DNA of 63,757 bases, filler included, from Stramenopiles sp. TOSAG23-3 (GCA_900128585.1; 44 parts of 44 records of this genome joined end to end with filler, not necessarily neighbours in it); one strand, 5' to 3'; positions 46,670 through 58,102 are shown, numbered from the whole stretch's first letter. The notes: generated from the sequence alone by a model not told the origin. Made by a program: numbers and translations.

Positions 46670-47701
46670 ATGAAGCAGCGTTGCTTCGAGCATGATTTGG
46701 GCAAAGTCTCCTGGAAATACCGTGGCCAATTGACGCCCCGAAACGACAAGATGGACGCGGAAGTGCACATCAAGTCTATCAAATCTGTCGGTAACAGCAT
46801 CATCGTAATTGCGGATGGTTTTTTGTACGTCGACAGCTTGCGCGTGTACTCCACCAAGAGCATGCGCCTTCGGGTACAAGACGTTGGGGCAGCGCAGTCG
46901 GCGGCACCGTCCAACATTACACGTTTGCAGGCCCCGGCCGCCCCGAGAGTGGCGGCACCGAGGCGCGGCCCATTTCAGCAAGGGCCGCGTAGGTTTGGGA
47001 ACGAAACGCTGCGTCAGAGTCTTCTCAATCTAGACGAACCCGTATTTATCAACAACAGCAATTCTGGCTTTGAAGTAACCCAGCAGGAGCCATCGAACTA
47101 CCGCGAGTTTGCTGAGATTCACATGTGCACCCCAAAAGTTCTTGGGGACCCGGGCTTTATGGAGATGTACGGTGTGGATTATCCGCTGTACACTGGCGCC
47201 ATGGCAAAGGGCATTGCATCAACCGAGCTGGTCGTAGCCCTCGGAAAACGGCGAATACTGGCTTCCCTGGGGGCCGGTGGCTTGCCCCTTCACCTGGTCA
47301 ATAAAGCCTTGGATATTATCCAGGCTGAGTTGCCAGATGGACCGTACGCCGTCAATTTGATTCACAGTCCATTCGACGATGGCCTAGAGCGGGGCAACGT
47401 TGACTTGTTCCTGAAGCGCGGAGTCACCATTGCCGAGGCCTCGGCTTTCATGACCCTTACCATCCACGTGGTTCGTTATCGTGTGGCCGGTCTGTCAATG
47501 CGGAACGGAAAAGTACACTGCAAGAACAAGATTATTGCAAAGGTCTCGCGTACAGAATTGGCGGACATGTTTATGCGGCCTGCCCCCGAAAAGTTTCTGA
47601 AAAAACTCTTGGCTTCCGGCGAAATCACCCAGGAGCAAGCTCGCTTGGCAAAACTTGTCATGCATGGAGTACACAAGGAAATGATAGTTAAGACTACTTA
47701 G
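46670..47701 (+). CDS. PUFA synthase fragment: FabA-like dehydratase C-terminus plus PfaD-type enoyl reductase (OrfC/Pfa3 architecture), truncated
   Basis: GKVSWKYRGQLTP...ADGFLYVDSLRVY; LGDPGFMEMYGVDYPLYTGAMAKGIAS, GAGGL, PYAVNLIHSP, EASAFM and IIAKVSRTELA. Confidence 0.95.
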   Translation: MKQRCFEHDLGKVSWKYRGQLTPRNDKMDAEVHIKSIKSVGNSIIVIADGFLYVDSLRVYSTKSMRLRVQDVGAAQSAAPSNITRLQAPAAPRVAAPRRGPFQQGPRRFGNETLRQSLLNLDEPVFINNSNSGFEVTQQEPSNYREFAEIHMCTPKVLGDPGFMEMYGVDYPLYTGAMAKGIASTELVVALGKRRILASLGAGGLPLHLVNKALDIIQAELPDGPYAVNLIHSPFDDGLERGNVDLFLKRGVTIAEASAFMTLTIHVVRYRVAGLSMRNGKVHCKNKIIAKVSRTELADMFMRPAPEKFLKKLLASGEITQEQARLAKLVMHGVHKEMIVKTT

Positions 47702-47748
47702 TAAGAAAGAAGGAAAATAAAAATTATATATTATAGAATAGTCGTCTA

Positions 47749-47910
47749 CTACTCTCGTACGACCTTTGTCTTGTCCTTGTCCGCTTGGCTTATTAAACCT
47801 TTCAAGCTCCACAACTGCACCGTCTTGTCTCGTGAACCGCTTACGACGGTCTCTCCATCGATTGCAACGGAAATTACAGCGTTAGAATGTTGCTGTGCCG
47901 TTTTCACACA
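47749..47910 (-). CDS. WD40-repeat protein, last repeat
   Basis: Manual translation gives CVKTAQQHSNAVISVAIDGETVVSGSRDKTVQLWSL...*. Confidence 0.8.
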   Translation of the reverse strand, partial: CVKTAQQHSNAVISVAIDGETVVSGSRDKTVQLWSLKGLISQADKDKTKVVRE

Positions 47911-48011
47911 TNNNNNNNNNNNNNNNNNNNNNNNNNNNNNNNNNNNNNNNNNNNNTTAATTAATTAANNNNNNNNNNNNNNNNNNNNNNNNNNNNNNNNN
48001 NNNNNNNNNNN

Positions 48012-48395
48012 TCAGATATCAGTGCAAATGGGTTTACTTTGATTGGAAAAACTAAGTCAGAGATGAAGGCGTATTTAGAAATCTCTCAGAACAGCAGTTG
48101 CAATACTTCACAAGCTGTGGCGTGTAACAATGCGACAAATGGTGCCCAAGGTCCCCAGGGAGCACAAGGTCCCCAGGGAGCACAAGGTCCCCAGGGAGCA
48201 CAAGGACCTCACGGTCGCGCAGGTGTCAATGGGACCGATGGGGTATGTACTTGTAATGGCGCGAATGCAGCCCGCAATAGTGAGCATTTACCTCTCATAA
48301 TTGGTGGATTTATAATGAACCTATGCACGCTTGCATTCGTCTGCTTTAGCAAAAAAAATAAAAAGAGCTTGACATCAGTGGCAATCGACAAGTAA
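48012..48395 (+). CDS. Collagen-like (Gly-X-Y) membrane-anchored protein, C-terminal fragment
   Basis: (GAQGPQ)3 GAQGPHGRAGVNGTDG encoded by 18-nt tandem units, then a TM helix and KKNKK. Confidence 0.8.
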   Translation, partial: SDISANGFTLIGKTKSEMKAYLEISQNSSCNTSQAVACNNATNGAQGPQGAQGPQGAQGPQGAQGPHGRAGVNGTDGVCTCNGANAARNSEHLPLIIGGFIMNLCTLAFVCFSKKNKKSLTSVAIDK

Positions 48396-48833
48396 ATATC
48401 CCCTGACGATTCGTGGCATACTAATGACACGGACATAGTTTTCTCTTACTTTCTTTAGGATGCACTATTATCTGGAGCTGAAGCAGAATTACGGAGTTAA
48501 AATTTATTTTATGGTAACGACATAAATCTCATAGTTGACGCAGACATTTCAATTGTAAAGTTTTCTCTTGCTTTCTTTAGAATGCACCATTAAAGGTACT
48601 TTGTTTTTATAGCGTTTATTCCTCACTAACTTTTGGTAACAAATTGAAATTCTAAAGTTTTTCCTTTACTTCTTAAGAAACTCCATTTTCAAAAGTCTCA
48701 GGATTTTAAAATCCCATTTGCTATTTCTTACGATTCTTATTTCTTAAAACTCTTTAAGTTTCTTCTTTACAATTTATAAAAAAATTTGATTATAACTTAT
48801 TAAAGATTATATATATTATATATAATATATAAT

Positions 48834-49274
48834 ATGACTAAATTCCAGTGTAAACGATGTGGACAATTCTTCTCTCAGAAAGCAAGCCTTATCTACCATT
48901 TAAAAAATGTCAGTTGCAACCCTGTACTCTCTGATATAAACGTCAAACAATTTTTAGAACAGGTAAGTAAACCAAATTATTATAAACTTTATATCAAACC
49001 AAAGGTCAATATAAACGTATCTGAAATAGCGGAGAGACTTGCAATCCTGGAAGAGCGATTTCAGGACCTCAGTAAGCGATGTCATTTGCATCCTCTTGAA
49101 ATAGGAGACGTAAAATCAGCTCACAGTATGCTTGACTCATTAGTTTTAAAGGCGAGTAACAACTATGACGTTGTATATGCAATGGAAGTATTCAAAAATA
49201 CTTATATAATAGAGAACAGCCCTTTTTACTTACCATTACTAACTTGGTACAACAACAACATGAAATTTTTTTGA
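48834..49274 (+). CDS. Small AT-rich zinc-finger protein, virus-like
   Basis: N-terminal FQCKRCGQFFSQKASLIYHLKNVSC (C2HC); complete 146 aa. Confidence 0.75.
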   Translation: MTKFQCKRCGQFFSQKASLIYHLKNVSCNPVLSDINVKQFLEQVSKPNYYKLYIKPKVNINVSEIAERLAILEERFQDLSKRCHLHPLEIGDVKSAHSMLDSLVLKASNNYDVVYAMEVFKNTYIIENSPFYLPLLTWYNNNMKFF

Positions 49275-49453
49275 GAGTAGTAATAGTAGTATCGGGCGGA
49301 AGAAGTGCGAAAAAAAGTAATATTTTTATAAAAGAAATCCATGTTTGTATGACNNNNNNNNNNNNNNNNNNNNNNNNNNNNNNNNNNNNNNNNNNNNTTA
49401 ATTAATTAANNNNNNNNNNNNNNNNNNNNNNNNNNNNNNNNNNNNNNNNNNNN

Positions 49454-50795
49454 GTGGTAGTGGTTAAACCAGTTGATTCGACCGCGATACTCTCCATCGC
49501 CTTTAACATAATCGACGTTATAGAACTTTGTATTGTTGAACCGGACTTCCAACCCCCCTTTGATTGGAAGCCCACACGCGGGACAGTGGTGAATCGGCAT
49601 CTGTTTTTTCCGTGTAAAGTTACTGATATAAGTGTCTTTAAAGGTGACGTATGACCCATGTGGCAAACCTAAGGCAAAATTAATTTTACCATGTCTCCTC
49701 GGGACCACTTGCCTCTCTGCGTCTCCTACAAGTGCAGAATTCAAGACTAGAGGTCCTGCCCAGTTGTTTCCCGGTCCTGCCCAACCGTCTCCGCCAGATT
49801 TTATGAAACAGATATCGCACCCGTTCCCCATCCCAATAGTATCAACAATATGAATGTGCCCCACAGCTTCGACGACGCCGACTCCCTCTCCACCATTGTT
49901 GTACACCACTGACGACTTGACGAGCATGATTTGCCGCTGCATAGTTTTTTTGACCCATACGCCTCTCAAATGGGTACGAACCCATACTAATTTTTTATGA
50001 TCAATATGGTCGATCCAGATTCCAGACCGTCCGTTTGAATGAGCGACGTTGTTTTCGAATTGCAGTAATCGACATTGTCGAGTCTTGTCTTTTCTTAGAA
50101 GAGAGCTAAGGCAAAATCTATGCTCGCCGTTTTCGTCTTTCCAATCGTTGCTGTTAAATGACGTCCCCAGAGGTCCAAGCGCCAAGTTCGAGGAAGGTCC
50201 TGTTGGTGTCTCCGGCGGGTCGTACCAAAACCCAAACGTGTGCGATCCGACCGCGCGGTTGCCAATGAACCGATTGTTCGCGTTTGTCATCCAAAAGCAC
50301 GCTGGGGTCTGGTCTGTATTGAGTAGGGAAAATGACCGATGAATCATTATGACGACATTTTCCCTGTAGACATTCAATTGTTCGATGCCGTCCTCGATAA
50401 ACATACCGTGCCCCATGATGTTATAACCGACATTTCGTGTAATGTTTAATCCGAAACACGCGTGGGCGGTTAACATTCGGTTGAAGCTTTTATGAACGGA
50501 GCAGCCTCTGGTTCGACTTTGGCCTTGCCATGCTCCCTGCATACGTGGATCATCGGATTTTTTCAAGTTGTTTTTGAAGAGGTGTTCGTTAGGGGTGTGG
50601 TAATGAATGGCATATCGACCAAGCTGGAACGCTTGCCCGACATTTGGTCCAAATTGGACGTAATCCAAGACCATTTGTCCGCTCAGCATCATCGTGTGGG
50701 CCCCGAATGCTTCTACGTCCGTTCCTGTCACCTGAATTTGCCTGTCCAGTAAAATGACTTCCGCGCGTCTTGTCACCACACGGTTTTGGGCATCG
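49454..50795 (-). CDS. Fibrocystin-L/PKHD1L1-TMEM2-like beta-helix (post-G8) fragment
   Basis: RAEVILL, GQAFQLGRYAIHYH, SVHKSFNR, GHGMFIEDGIE, TPACFWMTN and GFWY. Confidence 0.9.
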
Positions 50796-50978
50796 NNNNN
50801 NNNNNNNNNNNNNNNNNNNNNNNNNNNNNNNNNNNNNNNTTAATTAATTAANNNNNNNNNNNNNNNNNNNNNNNNNNNNNNNNNNNNNNNNNNNNAGGAA
50901 AGAAAAGAACAAAAACAAACAAAAAAGTATTTAAAACAACCTATTTAAATCAATAACTAAATATATTCAACAAACAAC

Positions 50979-52237
50979 ATGCCAGAAACAAAAGCCAGAA
51001 ACAACAACCGACGGAACAACCGACGTGGCAAGAAGGGAGGCAACAACGCCGCCAAGGCCACCAAGGCCATGGCCAAGCTTAGTGTCGATGCCCCTGCCGC
51101 TCCCGCCGCCGCCGTAAAAGCCCCAGCAGCAAACAATTTTTCTCAAGAAGAGCAAGCTGTTGTCAACGCATTGAACGAAATCGTTACCGCGTGCACCGGT
51201 GCCAGGAAGTTCGAAGGCCCCTCCGTCGCTGCCGTCGATGCCTTCAAGGCCAGCCTTGAGAAGTTCACCATCGAACAGCTAGTTGCTGTCGATGCGTCTT
51301 CCATCGTACTCAAGAGTCTTCTTGAGCAACCAAAAAACTTCGTTGCCCGTGAAGCCGGTGTCACCGTAGTGCAGGCCGTTGTAGAGAAATTCGGTGCGCA
51401 ATGCGTCTCCGCATTCTTCCAAACCGTCCAAGTCGTCCTTCAGCTAGTAGGAGACAAGAAAAGTGGTTCCGTACGTGAACTTTCCGAAAAAGTTTCGGTA
51501 GCGTTGTTCAAGGCTGTCCCAGCCAGTGTAGTACCAGTCTACGTGACTAAATTTTTGATTGAAGGTGACGATGCGGCCTTTGCCTCCCTTTCCCGGTGGC
51601 AAACGAAGGTATGCGCTTTGAAAATCCTCAGCGCCGCCGCCGAGAAAGCCCCCCGTGAGATCGAAGCAATGATGACCACCTTGGTACCAGTCCTTTCCGA
51701 CATGATGTGGGACACGCGCAAACAAGTACAGACCCAAAGTGCTGATACTCTTGAAGACATTTGCGACTCGATTGACAACATCGATTTGGAACCATTTATT
51801 CCATCGATGGTTGAAGCCATCCAAAAGCCAGACACCGTACCAGACTGTGTGTACGCATTGGCCGGTACCACGTTCGTCCAAACCGTCACCGCGTCCGCCC
51901 TTTCGATCACCGTGCCAATCTTGGAGCGTGGTTTCAAGGAACGCAAGACCGCCATCAAGCGCAAGTGCGCTGTTATCACCGAGAACATGGCAAAGCTGGT
52001 AAAGAACCCAGCTGATGTTGCACCGTTCATGCCAATCATCATGCCGCTTATTGAGCACGGCCTGAAGACCATCTCTGACCCAGAGTGCCGTGGACGATTC
52101 GAAAAAGCCAATGAGGTTCTCGTACGCGTCAGCACCAAAGGTACCGCCGCCGCCCCGCCCCAACTCGAAGTTGCCGATGTAACTGCTGTTCTAGCAAAAG
52201 AAATCTCCAACACCACCGAAGCTGGCAAAAAGATTGT
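50979..52237 (+). CDS. Translation elongation factor 3 (eEF3/YEF3-like), N-terminal HEAT domain
   Basis: WQTKV.AL, LVPVLSDMMWDTRKQV, IDNIDLEPFIP, TTFVQTV...LSI.VP.L.RG, TAIKRKCAVI.ENMAKLV and ISDPECR. Confidence 0.93.
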
Positions 52238-53137
52238 NNNNNNNNNNNNNNNNNNNNNNNNNNNNNNNNNNNNNNNNNNNNTTAATTAATTAANNNNNNN
52301 NNNNNNNNNNNNNNNNNNNNNNNNNNNNNNNNNNNNNAGGCAGCTCCAGCCATGCATCCTACGACCAACGCCTTGTTGCCCTTGGTATGAAACGGGATAT
52401 TCTGTTTTCTTCCCAGAGTAATGGGGAATGTCTCAAAACTTATCCTTGGCTTCCATTTGTTGGTCAAGGCTTAGGGACTTTCAATGTCGAAAGGATTGCC
52501 CGTCGTAGTGATGCGATGAGCACGTAATAAAAAAAGTATTCGTCGTAGTTGCCGTATATAAATAATTGAAGAGATGTGTTTCGTACGGCGGTAGAGAACG
52601 GACGATTGGCAAGTTAAAAACATATCCAAATCATGTAACAATTTTAGTCGAATAAAACTAACAATGATATAATTATATTAAATATTTACTAAGTACGTTA
52701 AGTACGTTATTCAGAGATATTATTAAACTTTTAATATCAGTTAGCCCTACAATTTTATAATATAGAGTCAGCAGGTATTTTAATATTAATATTCTTCGTT
52801 CTTCCATTCCATTGTCGTCCATTATATTATTATTATTCTTTTTTTTCTTCTTTCATTCACTTCAATATTTTTAATAACATAGGAATACTATAGTATAATA
52901 AGTAAAAAAAAGAGATAAAAGTAATTTACTATTTAAAAAAAACTTGCACCACACAGCACTATCATCATTCATTCATTCCGCCAATCTCATCCAGACGCTC
53001 CTCCTCGGCGGGTCGCTGCTCCGTAAACTGAGTACTAGTTAGTTGATAAATTTTAGAGCGTAGAGAGGAAGAGGAGTAAAAAAACAAAAGTATTATAGAG
53101 ATATTTTTAAAACTTCCATTTTAAACGGAGTAATTTC

Positions 53138-53677
53138 TCAACCAATAAGACTAAAGTCCTTTTCCGAGTCATTTATGGTCGGTTCTGGTTTAACAAACCG
53201 GACACGTCTTAATTTGATCATGACACCGCAAAAAATAAGGCCTAGGACTAAAATGGAAGATACGACAATCAGTGCAATCGCAACTCCGGTTAATCCTTTT
53301 TTCTTTCCGCACTTATAGCCCTTACCGTCCCCGTGCCACGCGCACCCCTTGCTTTTCACGCACTGGTCTTCATCCCCATAACTATCGCACGTTTTCTTCT
53401 TCCCATACCCGTAGCAGATTTTTTTTGGTGCATGCCACGAACACTTGGTGCCCTCGGCTTCGCAAGTCACTTCGTTTTCGTATTTGCTACAAGAATTTTC
53501 TGCGTGATAACATACGCTTTTCGCACTGGACCAGGCGCAACCTTCGTCTTTCGAACATTTGTCTTTTGATACTTCCTCGCATGGATCAGCTTTATCACCA
53601 CCCGATGAAGCGTTGTAACAAGTAGTCTTTGAACCATACCATTCACACCCATCCGTTTTGTATATCTCGCACTGAGT
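53138..53677 (-). CDS. Type I membrane protein with Cys-Trp (PSI-like) repeats, C-terminal fragment
   Basis: The frame is open from the contig edge: four C..C..CxW..C units (GCEW, GCAW, KCSW, GCAW), then a TM helix and a short tail. Confidence 0.8.
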   Translation of the reverse strand, partial: TQCEIYKTDGCEWYGSKTTCYNASSGGDKADPCEEVSKDKCSKDEGCAWSSAKSVCYHAENSCSKYENEVTCEAEGTKCSWHAPKKICYGYGKKKTCDSYGDEDQCVKSKGCAWHGDGKGYKCGKKKGLTGVAIALIVVSSILVLGLIFCGVMIKLRRVRFVKPEPTINDSEKDFSLIG

Positions 53678-53858
53678 TANNNNNNNNNNNNNNNNNNNNN
53701 NNNNNNNNNNNNNNNNNNNNNNNTTAATTAATTAANNNNNNNNNNNNNNNNNNNNNNNNNNNNNNNNNNNNNNNNNNNNTCGCTTCAGCTGCTTCGCCCT
53801 TCGGTTTTGAAATGCTGGCGTTTCCAACACTTGAATGCGACGCAGCTGTTCTCTTCGC

Positions 53859-55120
53859 CTCGATCTAAGTCACTGGCTCAGGGAATAAGTCTAAGCGACC
53901 CTAGCGCAGACGCAAGGGAAATAGCGGATATAACTCGCTTGCGAAAGATATTTGAGTCTTTGAATAAAGATCAGACGGGAAGAGTTTCGTGCAAAGTGTT
54001 GAAAAATGATAGAGTGTTCGTGGAACTGATTGGACGGAGTGGTGCATTAAAAATAATCTCACATTTCCAAACGGAAAAGGGTGCTGTTGTAGACAAAACG
54101 GGAGAAGTGTGCGTCTCATGGGACGAGCTTGTTGAGTATAGGCGATATTTGAAGTACACAGAAATGGTTGCCATTCAGCAACACGAAGCAGAGCAATTAA
54201 AAACAAAACCAGTTCACCTATTTTCAATGAAACCCAAGCGGGTGTTTTCTCAGGGTGGAAAAGATACCAAGTTGGACGGTCTGCCCCGTTTTCGTGAAGC
54301 AATTATGGACGATCGATCCTCTTCCTTAGCAGCTAACTTGGCAAAATTACCAAGGACGCACGTTTTGGTAAAAATATACGGGGAACCCGCCCGTCAAAAA
54401 ATCCGGTTTGACTGCGTGCTACGTCCTTCGGATGGATCTCTATATCGTGCACGGATACCCATTTCAAAAGTTTTGCCGGCCAAAGATACTTATGATATAT
54501 CTGAAATATTGACCCTGGACAAAGAGACCATCAGGCCATTTTTGGAGTTTCTGGTTTTACCCCCGCACCATATTCACGCGGGCGACAACACGAAGCTTCG
54601 GAGCACTGTGCCCACCAGTTTGGAGGATTGGGCTCGCCAGAACAAGCACATTCTTTTGCGGCAAGTGAAGAAGGGGCAAGGAATGGCTTTGTTAAAGAAA
54701 GAGAAAGCGCCCGATGCGATTGCTCTGAAAGGGCTGCAAGTAGGTTTGGAACTGTTTAAACAAAACCGTAAAGTTGAGGTTTGGAGACTTTTGGAGCAAA
54801 CCGTCCATTTGATAATAAAAGCGTGCCCAGTCAGTGCTAACCGCTCTATTTTGATAACCAGAGCGTTAGACACACTAATATCGCAGTATAAACTGGCCAA
54901 ATCCATGTCGGAGGGTACAGACCCCAGCGTTTCCCCGAACAACAACACGAGCGAGCACGAAAAGGGCTTATTTTTGTTACGCGACAGCGTTCGAAGTTTC
55001 CGAAAAACTTACATAGCAGCCACATCAAGCATGAAATCGAAGCGAAGAGAACAGCTGCGTCGCATTCAAGTGTTGGAAACGCCAGCATTTCAAAACCGAA
55101 GGGCGAAGCAGCTGAAGCGA
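53859..55120 (+). CDS. Hypothetical protein fragment with degenerate EF-hand pair
   Basis: LRKIFESLNKDQTGRVS and DKTGEVCVSWDELV; the first 79 nt of the contig are an inverted copy of 55042-55120. Confidence 0.7.
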
Positions 55121-55231
55121 NNNNNNNNNNNNNNNNNNNNNNNNNNNNNNNNNNNNNNNNNNNNTTAATTAATTAANNNNNNNNNNNNNNNNNNNNNNNN
55201 NNNNNNNNNNNNNNNNNNNNTTGTTGATGTT

Positions 55232-56561
55232 TTGAAGGGGCTCTGGCAGTGGCCTAGCGAGATTTCGTTCAGAAAACAAAATTTTGTGGCGCGTGTAGCC
55301 TTACGGCGAATTATTGGATTAATGCGCGCATCGGAGTCGAATAGAATGACGCATACGTACAAAAATTGCTTCGTTCTTCAAAATTCATCTACCATTTGGT
55401 CCCGCTCAAAAAACATTTGTAACAAATATTCTTTGCGAAACAACCTCCAGCTTGGCATGCACGCGTGGGTCCGAAGAACCGTGAAAGGAACTGTTTTGCT
55501 CAGGAATAACGGGACCTACGATGTAAAACGTGATACAGCATCTGCATTGAAGGCTATTGAGAACGGAATGAATGTAGAGCGACCAATCACCATACCGGCG
55601 TCGCATGTGGAAGCAGTTCGTACCCCAGAGTCTAAGGAGTATGATACTAGTTCGTTGGTGGAACTCTTTGTCCAAGCTAGAAACTGCTTGCGATCCTTGA
55701 ATTTAAATTATACTGATATTGGCATTCATGGAGCAAAAGCGTTAAGAATTTTACTGGAAGGCGTTTCCTCGTCGTATTCAGATGCGGATAATGCTGGGGG
55801 CAGCGACGAGAGTGCTGAACGGGTTGATCCGCTAGACACATTTTATCAAAATTTCTCTACCTTCAAAGCCGACAAGACAATTCGGTTGCGGCAGCCACTT
55901 ATCACTACCTTGGCCCTCAGAGCCTGTGGCTTAGGCATGGATGGATTAAATGAATTGAGTAGGGCTATGAGCTCCAACAATTCAATTACTGCACTTGACT
56001 TGGGGATGAATAATTTAGGGGATGAAGGCGTGTTCTGTGTAGCACGTGTACTAGCGAAGCAGCCAAGCTTACGGCGTTTGGATTTGCGCGGTAATGCAAT
56101 CACTGGTATTGGTGCTCAACATTTGGCGCGCGGTATCGCCCAGTTTCAAATTGGCGTGATCACAAATTCACATCCAGCTTTGGATGTGCAACTTCAGGAC
56201 AAACTGTTTTTGGCAGGGGTTCCTTACAAAGCTATTCAGCTGTGCGAAGGCGATCACATTTTAGTCTCAAGAGAAACACAAAATAATTACTTGCATTGTC
56301 AAGTCAAAGAAATTATCGACGACGATTTGATCAAAGTTGAACCAGAAGGCTTTACGGGTGCAGAGTTTCCCACCGTAAATTGCTCCCGTGTTACTTTGCC
56401 CTGGAGCTACCTGATTGAGCACAACTACCAAGTCCGAATTAAATACGAGCGGCACGTCAAAGTGTTGAGTGTTAGCGGTCTTAATCGCAAGGGGTACGAA
56501 AAAGCGCAAGTGCAGTATATAACCCAAAAAACCTATCGCATGGGCGAGGTAGTTATTAAGA
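55232..56561 (+). CDS. RI-type LRR-containing protein fragment
   Basis: LRSLNLNYTDIG, ITALDLGMNNLGDEG and LRRLDLRGNAITGIG. Confidence 0.85.
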
Positions 56562-57146
56562 NNNNNNNNNNNNNNNNNNNNNNNNNNNNNNNNNNNNNNN
56601 NNNNNTTAATTAATTAANNNNNNNNNNNNNNNNNNNNNNNNNNNNNNNNNNNNNNNNNNNNTAGACGCACAATCCCACTCACTCGCATCCGCAGGAAGGA
56701 CGCCGTGGAAGACGACAAAGACTACAAGACTAAGCAGGAACCCCTTCATATTTTTCACTTTTCGTTCAATATAAAAGAATAGAATTGGTTGATCTATATA
56801 TAAAATATAAATGTTTCAATTCGTTTTTGTTTCGTTTCGTTTCTTTCTTGATACCAATTAATCTTTTTTCTTTTCCTTCCTTCCATTTCTTTGATTAATG
56901 CATTAATTAATTAATCAATTACTCGTTGTTTTTTATTATTATTAATTTCTTCTTTTTCTTCTTCTTCTTAATTATAATAATAATGGTATTTCTATGTTAT
57001 TTATTATTATTAAAAAAGAAGAGATGATTGGTTGAGATAAAAGAAGAAAGGAATTTTTCATATTTTTTAATAATAAAAATATAACGTATAACAACAGGAT
57101 TTTATAATTTAAATTATTCTTGTATACTGTGTACCTGTTATTTATA

Positions 57147-57206
57147 TTTAAAAAAAAGAAGATGAAACCCCTTTAAACCCTAATATATAACACTATATAT
57201 GGTAAA
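57147..57206. repeat. Dispersed element family B containing telo-box AAACCCTAA
   Basis: Near-identical reverse-complement copy at 59353-59413. Confidence 0.85.
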
Positions 57207-57255
57207 TCGATTATTCCTCCATCCTCCACTCCTCCTCAGCGTCCTCAGTCCTCAG

Positions 57256-58001
57256 CTAACCCCTCTTCTTTTGCATCTGTTCCCCCACGACCGGTGCCAA
57301 GTGGGAGACGCTGTAAATTGTGGCAGGGTACATGCTGCTGGACAGAACAACGGCCCCGGCCCAGTCGCCCAAAACATTGCCAACCGACTCAGCGCCCAAG
57401 TACTCAATCATTGGTGAAATGTCCACACCATACAAGATGGCCTCGTACAAACAAAACACAATGCCGACGCCAACAAACCGGCTGGCCACGAAAAAGCATA
57501 AACCGTACTGGTTCATGGTGTCTGTCACAAACGTGGCCGCTTTCGCACCGTACTTCACCACTGGGTTACTATTTGCTTTGTCCCCGAACAATTGATCCAT
57601 GTCCCGCTTGCTGAAAGCAAAGAGGTCCATGATACGAACGGTAGACAGGGCCGGGAACAGGTTCTTTACCCCTGCCGCGGCAAAGACTTCCAGAGGGAAA
57701 CGAAAGCGTTTGATAACCCGTGATAGCGCAAATGCAAAAGCAAATTCTGCCGGAAAATCCAAGCCCAGCAGTTTGATCCCCATAAACGAACCATAAACCA
57801 GCCCAAGCTCCAAGACCACCATGGTCCCGCACGTTTCCAATGGGTAACGCAAAATCGAATCGTTCAATCGCCTTGCGAATGCTGCCCCAAACTGGTTCGT
57901 ATTGTCCTCGCTGCGATTCCCCCCCGCAGGGTGCGCCGCCGACGAGAGGCTCTTCGGACCGCCGGGCAACGCACCGTTGGGTTGGCTCTGCTGCGACTCT
58001 G
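57256..58001 (-). CDS. Membrane protein with two FAM210/DUF1279-like halves, fragment
   Basis: FAFAFALSRVIKRFRFPL and YG....FCLYEAILYGVDI...G.WAGAVVL. Confidence 0.6.
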
Positions 58002-58102
58002 NNNNNNNNNNNNNNNNNNNNNNNNNNNNNNNNNNNNNNNNNNNNTTAATTAATTAANNNNNNNNNNNNNNNNNNNNNNNNNNNNNNNNNNNNNNNNNNN
58101 NC

